This document shows, piece by piece, positions 42,666-56,423 of a DNA stretch of 64,000 bases. The first letter of the stretch is position 1, and every line of letters starts with the position of its first letter. A model generated the notes under the pieces. The model worked only from the letters and a program-made list of their open reading frames with translations. It made no database searches and was not told the origin of the DNA. Source of the DNA: Eledone cirrhosa (Eukaryota); assembly GCA_964016885.1 (NCBI GenBank), contig OZ024745.1, positions 113,212,001 to 113,276,000 of the forward strand, read 5' to 3'. The position numbers were made by a program, and so were the translations under genes.

Positions 42666-43425
42666 GATAACATTGTTTGTTAAAGTAAGTCAGGCGTTGA
42701 CTCAGAATAGTAACTTAGATAATCGATAAAATATAGAACCATAACATAAGTACATGGCTGACCAGGCTACCGAAAAATAACTACAGAAAATGTAATTGAT
42801 CTTCTGTTCTTTTGGAAGAATTTAAACATAAAAAAATGCATTGGAGAGTTTTAATGATGCATAGCATGAAGAAACAGTCTGAACTATAAGAAAGATTTAG
42901 AAAAATTGAATCGTTACAGCGGAAATATTCCTCGTAGATTCGAGGCTGAAATTAACATCAGCGTACCAACAATGACACAAGTTTGTTTGTACCAAGGAAT
43001 GTATAGAATAGACCTTGTATATTGTGAACCCCAGTGATTTAACCTTTTAAATTTAAACCAGTAGCGTGCATAGGGCGGAACAAATGACGCTGAAAGAATT
43101 CTCCATTCTTTCAATATTTTTGTAATTTTTAAGATTGACAATAGAACCAAACCCGAATGGAGAGAGAAGGACGAAGTAAAGACAAAACATGAAAATCCTG
43201 ATATAGAGTTATCAAGAAAGGAAAGAAAGAAAATTCGGATCAAACATGTTTTTACAATGCTTCAAGAACAATAAAAATATCTAAGTATTTTTTTGCTTAT
43301 GCCAATGGAAGTAAACCATGAAATTGAGTAAATTTCAGTTTTTCTTTTTAAATTAATTTTCATACGCCTTCAACCAGAAAATATTTTCAAACTCAGTATT
43401 TTTTTAAGATCTGTCAGCAAATTGG

Positions 43426-43547
<122 letters not shown>

Positions 43548-43556
43548 CTGAGTTTG

Positions 43557-43601
<45 letters not shown>

Positions 43602-43606
<5 letters not shown>

Positions 43607-43793
43607 AGTAAGTAAGACCCCGACGGCTGAGCTCAAGCCGTTTCGACGGCTAATTCAGTACAGAATTAGCCGTCGAAACGGCTTGAGCTCAGCCGTCGGG
43701 GTCTTACTTACTCCTATTACCCACTCTACTACCCTAAGTATTGAGTACTTTGGTGCGTTATGGTCCACCTGGTTCCTTACCACTTTTCCTTCG

Positions 43794-43794
<1 letters not shown>
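43602..43794 (+). mobile_element. Family B fold-back element whose apex is HHR stem II
   Basis: Palindrome 43602-43717 centred on GACGGCTAATTC-AGTACA-GAATTAGCCGTC, followed by GAAA-CGGCT-TGAGCTC-AGCCG-TC (stem III and GUC site). Confidence 0.8.
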
Positions 43795-43853
<59 letters not shown>

Positions 43854-43933
43854 TGCAGTATAGGTTTGGTAGAATTATCCAAAAGTCAGTCCATCGGACG
43901 ATTTAAGTATAATTGGTTACAACAGTGACATAT

Positions 43934-43983
43934 ACAGGTACTTACGTTTCGTTGGGTTATACACCCCGACTCATTCAGCTTGT
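43934..43983 (-). ncRNA. Slightly degenerate type-I HHR motif (family H)
   Basis: Minus strand: ACAAG-CTGAATGA-GTCGGG-GTGTATAA-CCCAAC-GAAA-CGTAAG-TA-CCTGT. Confidence 0.55.
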
Positions 43984-44901
43984 TATAAAAAATAAAAACG
44001 GCTTCCTCCAAAGATTATTTTGGAGATTTTAGAAAATACCGCAGAGTTCTTGAAGGGCAGGTAATATCGAATTTAGCTATAAATAAACAAATCGTTTAGA
44101 TAAGGTAAAGGCAGGTAACTATATTAAAAAAAACTACAATGGTGAGCAACTTATGCAAAGTAAGTAATTCAAAGAAATTAAATTCAGGAATATAATTTCT
44201 ATGAATTACTAACTGTGGATAAGATGCCCCCTTTTAGTTTGCATGTTGTTACCATCTGCATCACCTACGGAGAGCCTGTACTTGCGTGTGTGTTCATATA
44301 TGTGAGCATATATGCGTTATATAAGGTTGATAGAATGCTCATGACTGCGTGTGCATATAGACACACACACACACACATACACGCACACACACATACACAC
44401 ACACACTCTCTCTCTCTCTCTCTCTCTCTCTTAACATCAGATCCGTTTCTCCTTACTCCGATCACCCACGCAGGCAGACAATAGCTCATCAATCACAGCC
44501 ATGTTCTGACGGGTATCACGATTTCCATGCACTAACATTTTGCATAAACAAATATCCACTCTCGACACACGCATAAATTTGTTCCTAGTCCCCCGATACT
44601 TAGTTCCCTTTGTGTATCACACCAATACAAGAGCATCGTTCTGAAATTCAGTCTTCTAAAATGACTGACTAATTACTCACAGATATTTCTCCGAAAAAAT
44701 GTTTTTTAGGTTCACATTTCTGACTCTTGTCTATCTTCCTATCTCTTCTTCTCTTTCATAACCACACTCTCTTCACTTTCATTCTATCTTCCGACGAAAG
44801 ACTGACGACGGAACGGTATGACATTTTCTTACTATACTAAGCGTTAAACTAATGCATATCTTTAATCGTGTATTGTTCTCCCATATTGATTATGTATATA
44901 T

Positions 44902-45386
44902 ATTAAATATTAGGATTGGTGCTCTGAAATAGCGATGTATACAATGAATGTATGCATAGTATATTTGGCAATATGCAGTATGTTTAATTAAAAATATTTT
45001 GAAAACCTTACGCTATCATTTTAAAGTAGTGACCATGTCACTTATTTCTTTTCGGCGAAAGAAGACAGAGAAGCTAACAGTCTGTTTCATGCTGTTTGGC
45101 AATCGTCAGAGCTACGTACTGCCCTCTTCCGCCGAAATTTATAGAAGCTGGATTCTTATAGAATTCCAGTAATAATCAGGAGCTGATTATACAGAGCGAT
45201 TGCCAGTCCAGCAAAAATTAAATATTAGGATTGGTGCTCTGAAATATTTAATTTTTGCTGGACTGGCAATCGCTCTGTATAATCAGCTACTGATTATTAC
45301 TGGAATTCTATAAGAATCCAGCTTCTATAATTTTCGGCGTAGGAGGGCAGTACATAGCTCTGATGATTTCCAAACAACATGAAACA
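44902..45386. mobile_element. Family D element: 315-bp monomer, 30-bp direct repeat and 144-bp inverted arm
   Basis: 44902-44931 is repeated at 45217-45246, and 45083-45226 is inverted at 45243-45386. Confidence 0.85.
45072..45113 (-). ncRNA. Type-I HHR motif (family D); truncated inverted copy at 45356-45386(+)
   Basis: Minus strand: AGCT-CTGACGA-TTGCCAAACAGCAT-GAAA-CAGACTG-TT-AGCT. Confidence 0.75.
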
Positions 45387-45389
45387 TAT

Positions 45390-46444
<1,055 letters not shown>

Positions 46445-46512
46445 ATATGTGTGTGTGTGTATGTGTGTGTGTGTATGTATGTAAAAGGTACACACACACA
46501 CACGCACACACA

Positions 46513-46621
<109 letters not shown>

Positions 46622-48112
46622 TTACATGTATACATACATATAACTACAAATATATATGGTGTGTGTATGTTTGGGCGGTAATAGTGTTATAAACTCTAAA
46701 TAATATCATTGAAATATTGACCAAATACATTTCTATATAAATAGATAACGGTATATATATGTATATATCGGTAAATAACTCTTCGAAATGATATGCTTTG
46801 ATTTCATTATACATATCACAACTGGCAAAGTACAGAACACACCAGTTTAACGGAATTTATTGAAAAACTGATTCCAGAGGCGTTGTTAAATTTTTTATAA
46901 AGAACCTCGATCATTCCGGCATTGATATTAATCTAAGCATTATAGAAATTCACCCAGAAATGTGCTTAAAAAGTAGTTTTGTTCTCTACATATTGATGTG
47001 ATCTTTGCATTGATATTTACAACTCAAGTTAATGTTCTTGTAAAAGAGATTAAACATTTAAGTTGACTTTTAAAAAATGTGTCTCTCTGAAACATCTATT
47101 TTTTGTTAGCAATGTAAAATTTCGAGACCTACAATGTCATGTTCAATATATTTTTATGGGTGAATGTTAAATTGAAAAGTTGCTTTTCTTAGAATTTGGA
47201 AGACTTTTCTTTGATAAGGACTTCAAAGCAGGCATTTATTGAGGGTTACCGTATATTTCAAGCAACCTATATAATATTTCAGTAAGAATAGTGAAGGGGG
47301 AAAACATAATGTAAGGATTCAAGGATATGACCGAACCGAAGTAGTAGTGTGTCAAAGGAAGCACTGAATGAGTTTCGCCAAATAGAAAATCGATTTCAGA
47401 TCTGACATGAGACCATAATTGATGAGAGCAAATGTCAACTATTAAGTGTTGAATACATCCGTTCAAAATTTATAAATATGATATCTTGATCTTCCACCTA
47501 ATTTTCATTTCGTCTTTATCTTTTCAAATTTCGCGTTCGAATATACCTTTATCGGTAATATCTACATCATGATCATGATCACAATCCTCATATTTACCCC
47601 TTTACCTTATTCTTCATAATCCTCCTTTTCCCCTACATCTTCATCATCACCATCACCATCTGCGCTGTAGGAGTAGACGCTAACATCGTAATCCTTATGT
47701 CATTATTACCATTATCATTGATATCATCAGCATGATAAATATGGAATTCATTATTCAATTATCTAGGAAATCACTGTACATGAATTATTTGCAAACTATA
47801 CAATGTCGAAGCAGCAATCATAGAATAGAAATGGTCCATAACAGGCACTGAACATTTCTGAGACAAACTAAACAGGATATTCTATTTCTGAATCAAATTA
47901 TAACAAAATTTCGTTAAAAAAATGTTTGTTGCAACAAAGCTATTGGAATTCAAAAAAAGATAGCTTTATATAGAGAAAATTAGATTAGGATATTGTTGGT
48001 AACCGTAATAGCAATGATCCTTATCATCGTAGAAGAGAAATAATCGATGATTGTAACAAATACGATAGCAGAAGCTGCAACGGCAAAGGCGACGGGGTAA
48101 GAGACTCCAACG

Positions 48113-48277
48113 ACTTCAACGACGACGACGATGACGATGACGATGACGATGGCGATGACGATGATGATGATGATGATGATGAAGTTCATGACGATGGTGA
48201 CAATCACAATGATGATGAGGGCGATGATGACGATGGCAACGACGATAATGATGCTCATGATTATGATTATTATTATT

Positions 48278-48317
<40 letters not shown>

Positions 48318-48403
48318 CGATGATTATGATCACGAGTTGATGATGATGATGATGATAATGCTGTTGATGCTGCTATTGTTGTTGTTGTTGATGCTGCTCC
48401 TGC

Positions 48404-48485
<82 letters not shown>
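48113..48485. repeat. Compound (GAC/GAT/GCT/GTT)n trinucleotide tract
   Basis: Read directly. Confidence 0.9.
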
Positions 48486-48832
48486 AAATGCCATGATCCT
48501 CAGGAATGTGGTTGTTATAATAGTAATGATTGATGATATAGAAGAGTAATGTGAGAATGCGAGCGGAATGTGAAACAGAAACAATGAATGGCGGTAAAAA
48601 AGATAGGAATTATAAGAATAAAGACAAATGAAATACAATATAATTCGTTATGACTGTACATCAGAGAAAGCGATATTCTATAATAGTTTTCTGTTTCAGC
48701 AATATTTCCGACCAAGTTATTAATTATTTGTCATATGTAGGTACTAAAATATATTGAATTATTTGTTTCTAGATTTATTTGTGTAATTAGAACATACATA
48801 CATGCACTCAGACACCATCTCACACACGCGCG

Positions 48833-48900
<68 letters not shown>

Positions 48901-48903
<3 letters not shown>

Positions 48904-49247
48904 CGATATATTAACAAATGGGAACTATATTTATAAAACCATATTTATTTCATTATACATATTTCAAGGATACTAAGTCAAATTATGGTGTGTTTTCATC
49001 AGATAAAATATAATATAGATCAGTTTTATAAATAAATAAATATTGACATACCCTTAAAGAATGCGACCATTTCTGTTGGAAGCTCCCTTGGGGTCCTTGA
49101 AATATGTATAATGAAATAAATATGGTTTTATAAATATAGTTTCCATTTGTTAATATATTGTATTTTTACTCCAATAATTTGTTGAGTGCTTTATATCAGT
49201 TATAAAAATGTTTGCTTGTTGTATCCCAACAATTTAAATATAACTTC

Positions 49248-49250
<3 letters not shown>
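48901..49250. mobile_element. Family I fold-back copy
   Basis: 48901-48970 is inverted at 49094-49163. Minus strand CTGATGA (48996-49002)...GAAA-TATG-TA. The right arm starts just before GAAA. Confidence 0.75.
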
Positions 49251-49327
<77 letters not shown>

Positions 49328-49364
49328 AGAGAGTATTGAAGTTTGCTTGAAGCATTGTGGAATA

Positions 49365-49506
49365 ATAAGGTATATTTCTTTAAGTCGTTTTGGAAGCCTC
49401 GATAATGCAGATGGGTAAATCTCCGGGTAACAAGATCCTGTTACTCGGAGATTTATCCATCTGCATTGTCGAGGCTTCCAAAACGACTTAAAGAAATATA
49501 CCTTAT
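49365..49506. repeat. ~67-bp-arm hairpin
   Basis: ATAAGGTATATTTCTTTAAGTCG...GGTAACA / TGTTACT...CGACTTAAAGAAATATACCTTAT. Confidence 0.9.
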
Positions 49507-49606
49507 ATATATTTATTAAAATAACAGATTAAAGTTTAAGCAAAGAAGCGCTGCTTTCACCCTTAACGAGCCCTCTTTGGATTTTAGTCTTCAAATTTAT
49601 TATTAT

Positions 49607-49673
<67 letters not shown>

Positions 49674-50501
49674 CCTGTGTGTTTTTATGTGTATGAATGT
49701 GTGTGTGTGAGTTTGTATGTGTAGTGATGGGAGAATTAAGGAATTATTAGAAAATCAATGGAATTGTTTCCAGATTTGCATTTTATCCTGCTACTTACGT
49801 GTATTTAGATGTGCCAGATAAAAGGTATATATTTATATAGATAGTATCAGTTCATGAGTAATACTAATTACGTAATTGCTCATAGCTTAGAGTTGGTGAT
49901 TTGCGAAACGCGTGTAACGCGTGATTACGAATAACGAAAAAGTATGTTGAATTGAAACTTTAAATAAGAAGGGGCCCAACATTATCCAGTTCAACCTATC
50001 GAAGTGGAAAAATCACCCTTCGCTCTATTAAAAGAACGTTGACAACATCGATCCCACTCACTGACCATCGATATCACTATCCACTTTCACGTGGACCATC
50101 TTCAGGAAACTAATTACTATTTCCCTTTTTTTAACCCTATGGACACTCCAGTCTTAGCACTCTTCATTTTCTAATAGAAACAATCTTTCATAGACAATTA
50201 CAAATTAACTAATTACTTCCCTTACTTTTCACCAATCTATGTAACTAATCAGCCCTTCTCTTTATATTTATTAAACTTTTTACTTCCCTCGAAGAAAGAG
50301 AACACAACTATCACAAAATGGTGTCAATCAAGGCTGATGATTCGGGCATGATTCAAAATACGTAGGCAAAAGATACATGTGTATCTATATGACAGCATAG
50401 GTAGTGTGGTAAATATCTATATACCACAACACGTCCCACGGATTGAGTGCACTTCCAGCTTTGGATATTCTTCACCAAATTACGCGACACAACAATATAT
50501 A

Positions 50502-51100
50502 TCTATATATCTAAAACAGAGAATGTCTGTCTGTCTGACTCCCTAAACCGATTGTTTTCAAACTTTACACATGTAATACTTATGGTCCTATGAGTGTTTT
50601 GAGCAAAAGATATTTCAAATTTTCAATGCCCTAGGGACCGCATTAGGCGATTTAGCGATCTCTCTCTATAATTCTTAGTCTTTCTTTTTAGATAGATACA
50701 TACATGCACCCTTATAATATCTGTCTGTATGTCTGGGTGTCTGCATTACGACATTATGACGTCGCTATCTGTATGTGTGTGTATATATGTATATATATAT
50801 AGTGTGTGTATATATATATATATAGTGTGTAATGTTTTTCGAAATATTTACTTCTGCGTTCACAGATTGATTTTTTTAGTTTCAGAAGAGTGAAAGCAGC
50901 GATTCTTTGCCTAAACTTTAATCTGTTATTTTAATATATATATATATATAATTATATATTCGTGTAAAGATATTTTTGCATACTCAATAACACAATATAA
51001 ACAAACGTATTTATTTCACGAGGCTCGATAAGGATAAATATATATCAAATATATAAGAACCCTAGAGCAAATCCCGAGCAACGCCGGGCCATTCTGCTAG
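50502..51100 (+). mobile_element. Non-autonomous Helitron
   Basis: A|TC 5' end (TCTATATATCTAAAAC) with a (TGTC)n run, subterminal hairpin CCCG-AGCAACGC-CGGG, and CTAG|T 3' end. Confidence 0.75.
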
Positions 51101-51472
51101 TATTACCTAAATCACATACAAGTGGAGTACAAAACAACTTTTTCAGAACGTTCTTCACAAGCAGGTCTTCGGAGATGCTTAGACTATTAAGGCTAACATT
51201 TTAGTATCAGCCAATAGCAACGAGTGCTGTAAAGATTAGCATGAAATGTTAAACGGGATGTAATTTTTACTATAGAAAACAAATTTCCTATAGTTTAGAT
51301 ATCTCGAGATCACTCAACTCTATTTTTAATGCAAAATCACGCTACGAATGGTAGTTTTCAAACATCACATAGAAGTATAAAATAATCGCTCAAGATTTTA
51401 ACTGGAGAGTTCAACTTAAGAACCTCTTCCCGAGCTAGATTCTATATTTTTTTTATTCTTACTTATTTCCTG

Positions 51473-51520
51473 GCATCTGAAGAGAGGGACGTATTTACGT
51501 CTTGAAACCGCTGGCAATGC
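51473..51520 (+). ncRNA. Type-I HHR motif (family C) with mutated U16.1
   Basis: GCAT-CTGAAGA-GAGGGACGT-ATTT-ACGTCTT-GAAA-CCGCTGG-CA-ATGC. Confidence 0.6.
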
Positions 51521-51615
51521 AAACTTTCTGCCTCTCTCTGTGTCTGCTCGTCCGTCTGTCTATTTCTCTTTCCCTCTCTCTCTTTCCTCCCCTTCTCTCT
51601 CTCTCCCTCTCTCAC

Positions 51616-51651
<36 letters not shown>

Positions 51652-52983
51652 TGTGTGTGTGAATGTGTATGTGTATTATTTCATTACATTCTCCTATCCC
51701 CACAATTATCTATATTGATTATATTCCTTCTTTTAAAAAATATAATCTATACATCCAAAACGTTTCACAATAGATCTATATCTACATTTTTATGGTAGAA
51801 TATGTTTGGCTTTAAGTGAGGATTTATATTCTGTCCAAACGTTTAAGGATATTTAGATTTCTAAATATATCAGTAATATAATTATTAATACTGATTGTAT
51901 GGATAACTATATCAGACAGTATTACGCTTCATTACCTAATCAATAATATTGCAACATTAAATATTTAAAATCAGAACTTTGTTGCGGTTCTCACAAATCA
52001 AAGATGGGAACTCATCTCTTTCCATGAAAAACAGTTGAAAATACACCAAAGGTGCAATACTTCACTTTAATTCACTTAAGAAATAATTCTAAATTTGTAT
52101 ATAATATAAATGTTTCTATCTTCAGAAATATATCACGACCCAAACATTACATGAAATGATAGTGTGTCCCCTTACTCCGAACACGAAATGTTTCGAAATT
52201 ATGTACTTACACGCTAGGTGATCGGGATACGTATTTTTCTAGTCTTTATTTCGTATGAAACATTAAAATGAAATCAAAGTTCACAGAAAGGCTTGTACTA
52301 GTAGGAATATTTCATAATTGATAATTTCGTTTTTTTTCCAGACACGTAAAAAGGTGTAGAAGCTTAATGAATTTCAAATGGACCAGCACCATTTGTTCAG
52401 ATTAAAAGATATTCTTTTAATGTGATTCAGAAAATCGATTCTCAAAGATGTCTTTGATAACTAAACTAAATTATTGGCTAGATTTACCCCTAAAATAAGA
52501 TTCATAAATATCGGGTCTGTTTTCTTCTGCGCAATTTATGGAAAACAATCACCGACAACAATTTCATATAGAGCTGATTTCTTCCATTGATTTTAGCATA
52601 TATCTTTTAGTACTATCATTTATAGCTAAAGATAGTAGAGACCTAACGAAAATCGTGTTTGAAAATGCACAAGAGTATGAACAAGAGTATGAACAAACGT
52701 AAAGTTTACTAGAGCTATGAAACACTAGTAGGATGATAAGACGTCCACTAATTAGACCGGGTACTGCGTAACGTAGCAGATTTTAAGATACTTTCGAGAC
52801 ATACTAAATCAATTTTAAGAAGTACTTTTTGAACACTCACGTACATACATACGCTCAAACACACACACACACACATACACATATATATATATATATATAG
52901 ATATATATATATATACGTGGAGAAATAAATATAGGAGAACAAACCGTTAAAACATGTTTATTTAAAATACCACCTACGTACGT

Positions 52984-53831
52984 CTACGAAACGTTTCTTC
53001 CAACCATCTCTGTCTCTCATAGCGTTTGCCAGTTCTTCCGCAGTGCATCCAGCATCGTCCTCAAGTTGCTTGACGTATGTCTTCTTGGGACGACCAGCGT
53101 TTCCTGCTCCATGAGATGGACTCCATAACAACACATCACCTGCTATTTCTTCCTTGCTGCGCCAACAGTGGCCAGCAAATCTGAGTCTCTGTCCACGTAT
53201 TGATCTGCTGATAGGTGGTATATTGCCAAAGAGATCCTTATTTGTTGGGTGTTCCCTCCAAGACACGTTTAAAGCAGCGTGGAGCATACGTGCCTAGCCT
53301 TTTCTCCAGTTTCGACGTTAGCGTCCAAGTGATAGAGCCATAAACAAGCACAGACTCCACAGCAGCTCTGAAGAAATTCCTTTTCAGTTTGGCAGGCAGG
53401 TTTGATTTCCATATCTTTTCCATTGCATTCAATGCTCCCCAGGCTTTTCCCAGTCTGATGTTAAGATCATGTTCTGTGGAAGCGATATAGCTACCCAGGT
53501 ATTTGAAGTCGTCAACTTGCTTGATTATATCGCCGTTTAGACTTCACAGACCAACTGAGGAGTCTTGGTTTAGGCAAATATATTCTGTTTCGCCTGCGTT
53601 GACATAGAGTCCGATTTCCTTTGCAACTGATTCGATGCTGTGAAGTAGTGATGTTGCAGGAGTACTCCAAGGGGATACTCTTTCACCATATATTTTTATC
53701 ATCTGCCTCGAATATTGAGAAAAGCCCTGGACGAAAACTTAGAGCTTGGTTTCACTACCACAAATCGAGAGTGTAGACGCCATGCAGCTCAGAAAATTAC
53801 CAGAAAACTACGCGGATGATTTAGCGGTCCT

Positions 53832-53835
<4 letters not shown>
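52984..53835 (-). mobile_element. RTE LINE with inverted 5' segment
   Basis: 52984-53657(-) runs from ATSLLHSIESVAKEIGLYVN to the 3' end (same family as 31235). 53656-53835(+) encodes GVLQGDTLSPYIFII and YADDLAVL. Confidence 0.85.
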
Positions 53836-53871
<36 letters not shown>

Positions 53872-53874
<3 letters not shown>

Positions 53875-54060
53875 ATCTCAACTCTACTTTTGAAAAGCAG
53901 AAGAACTGCGAAACCGGTAAAGGAACCAAATGAATATATATATTTTTTAAAAAATAAGACTCCAGTTGCATTTTCGATTTCATCTTTTTTTCTTTATATT
54001 TTCACTCGTGTAGGACACCTCGGTTATTTTTCATTTTGTAAAAAAAACCTCACTTTCTAA
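53872..54060 (+). mobile_element. Solo Penelope terminal repeat (family G) in (TA)n
   Basis: Near-identical to 37082-37270. HHR at 53886-53923. Confidence 0.9.
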
Positions 54061-54074
54061 TATATATATATATA

Positions 54075-54605
<531 letters not shown>

Positions 54606-54637
54606 TTTATATACATTTATATATATATATATATATT

Positions 54638-54668
<31 letters not shown>

Positions 54669-54673
54669 ATATT

Positions 54674-54760
<87 letters not shown>

Positions 54761-54809
54761 GTATATACTTATATTTATATAAATATATATATATTTATAT
54801 AAATATATA

Positions 54810-56093
54810 TATAATAATATATGTAGAAATAAACACAGTAAATTGTGTCTCTAAAATTACGAAGGTTGGAATACCACATAGGTTTGATAAATTTAACCTG
54901 AATCAAACGGAAGATATAGAATATATATATACAGACCGTCTCAATAACTATTTCATCTCTCGGACAGATTAGAGTGTTTATTTCTACATATATTATTATA
55001 TAATTGTTTCTACTTTTGGCTCAAGGCCAGCAATTACTCAGTACATTACTGGTACTTTATTTTATCGATCCTGTAAGGATGAAAGGCAAAGTTAACCTTG
55101 GCGGGATTTGAACTCAGCCAAGGTAAACTTTGCCTTTCATCATTATGGGGTCGATAAAATAAAGTACCAGTAATCTACTGGGTAATTGCTGGCCTTGTGC
55201 CAAATGTAGAAACAATTATATAATATATATTATTATATAATGCTCAGTATTTATACTTTGAGCTTGTTAATTACAGGGTATCAATATGAGTTAGTAATTC
55301 TGTATTTTATTTGTATTTCGGCTCCCTAACTAGGTGAGCTTATAAGTTGGGTGTATTAAGGCTATTATTTTTAGCATATCCACTCACACCACTTATAACA
55401 TCCAGCGCACGAGGTGAGATATTCATTCGTGTGGCTTGTAGTTGTATGTGTTTATTCCATTTAATCTTATCTCTCGCCGAGGAAAGCCTACGGAGTATCT
55501 GTTACAAACACAATTTTCAGGGCGAAAAAGATTAAATCTCTAATCTGTCCGAGAGATGAAATAGTTATATCTGTATATATATATTCTATATCGTCCGTTT
55601 GCTTCAGGTTAAATTTATCAAACCAATGTGGTATTTCAACCCTCGTAATTTTAGACACACAATTTACTGTTTTTATTTCTACAAATATTATTATATAATT
55701 GTTTCTACTTTTAGCACAAACCAGCAATTATTCCAGGGTATTACTGGTACTTTATATTATCGACCCCATAAGGATGAAAGGCAAAGTTAAACTTGGCGGA
55801 ATTTGAACTCAAACCATAAAGGGCCGTAACTCTTTACTGCAAAGCATGGCGTCAGACCCTCTATATTATTATATAATTGTTTCTACTTTAGGCACAAGGC
55901 CAGCAATCACCAGTGCATTACTGGTACTTTATTTTATCGACCCCGTAAGGATGTAAGGCAAAGTCAACCTCGGCGGGATTTGAACTCAGATCGTAAAGGG
56001 ACGTAACTATGGTGGAAAGCATACTGCCTCTACCGATACTGCCAATCCAATAATGCTCAGTATTTATACTTTGAGCTTGTTAATTGCCGGGTA
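54810..56093. mobile_element. Inverted plus tandem pLTR-like element interrupted by SINE family A insertions
   Basis: 54810-54974 is inverted at 55538-55698, and 55238-55282 is repeated at 56051-56093. SINEs at 55000-55219 (palindromic), 55695-55863(-) and 55874-56049(-). Confidence 0.75.
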
Positions 56094-56104
56094 TCTATTT
56101 GTAA

Positions 56105-56135
<31 letters not shown>

Positions 56136-56354
56136 TAGCTCTGTAGCATACATAGAGCATTCTCCTTTCCTTTACCCTTCCTACGGAAATACTTCATATA
56201 TATATACATATATATAATAAATAGTGGGAACTCGAGGTCTGATCTCTTGCCGTTTCAACAGCTCGTTCCAGACTCTCTCTCCCCTCTCTCTTTGTTTGTT
56301 TGTATATATATAAAGAGAGAGAGAGGGAGAGAGAGATAGAGAGAGAGAGAGAGC

Positions 56355-56423
<69 letters not shown>

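Noticed and set aside
46760-47520. Possible ancient hAT/Charlie-like transposase remnant on the minus strand
   Set aside because: No motif was clear enough to support by eye.
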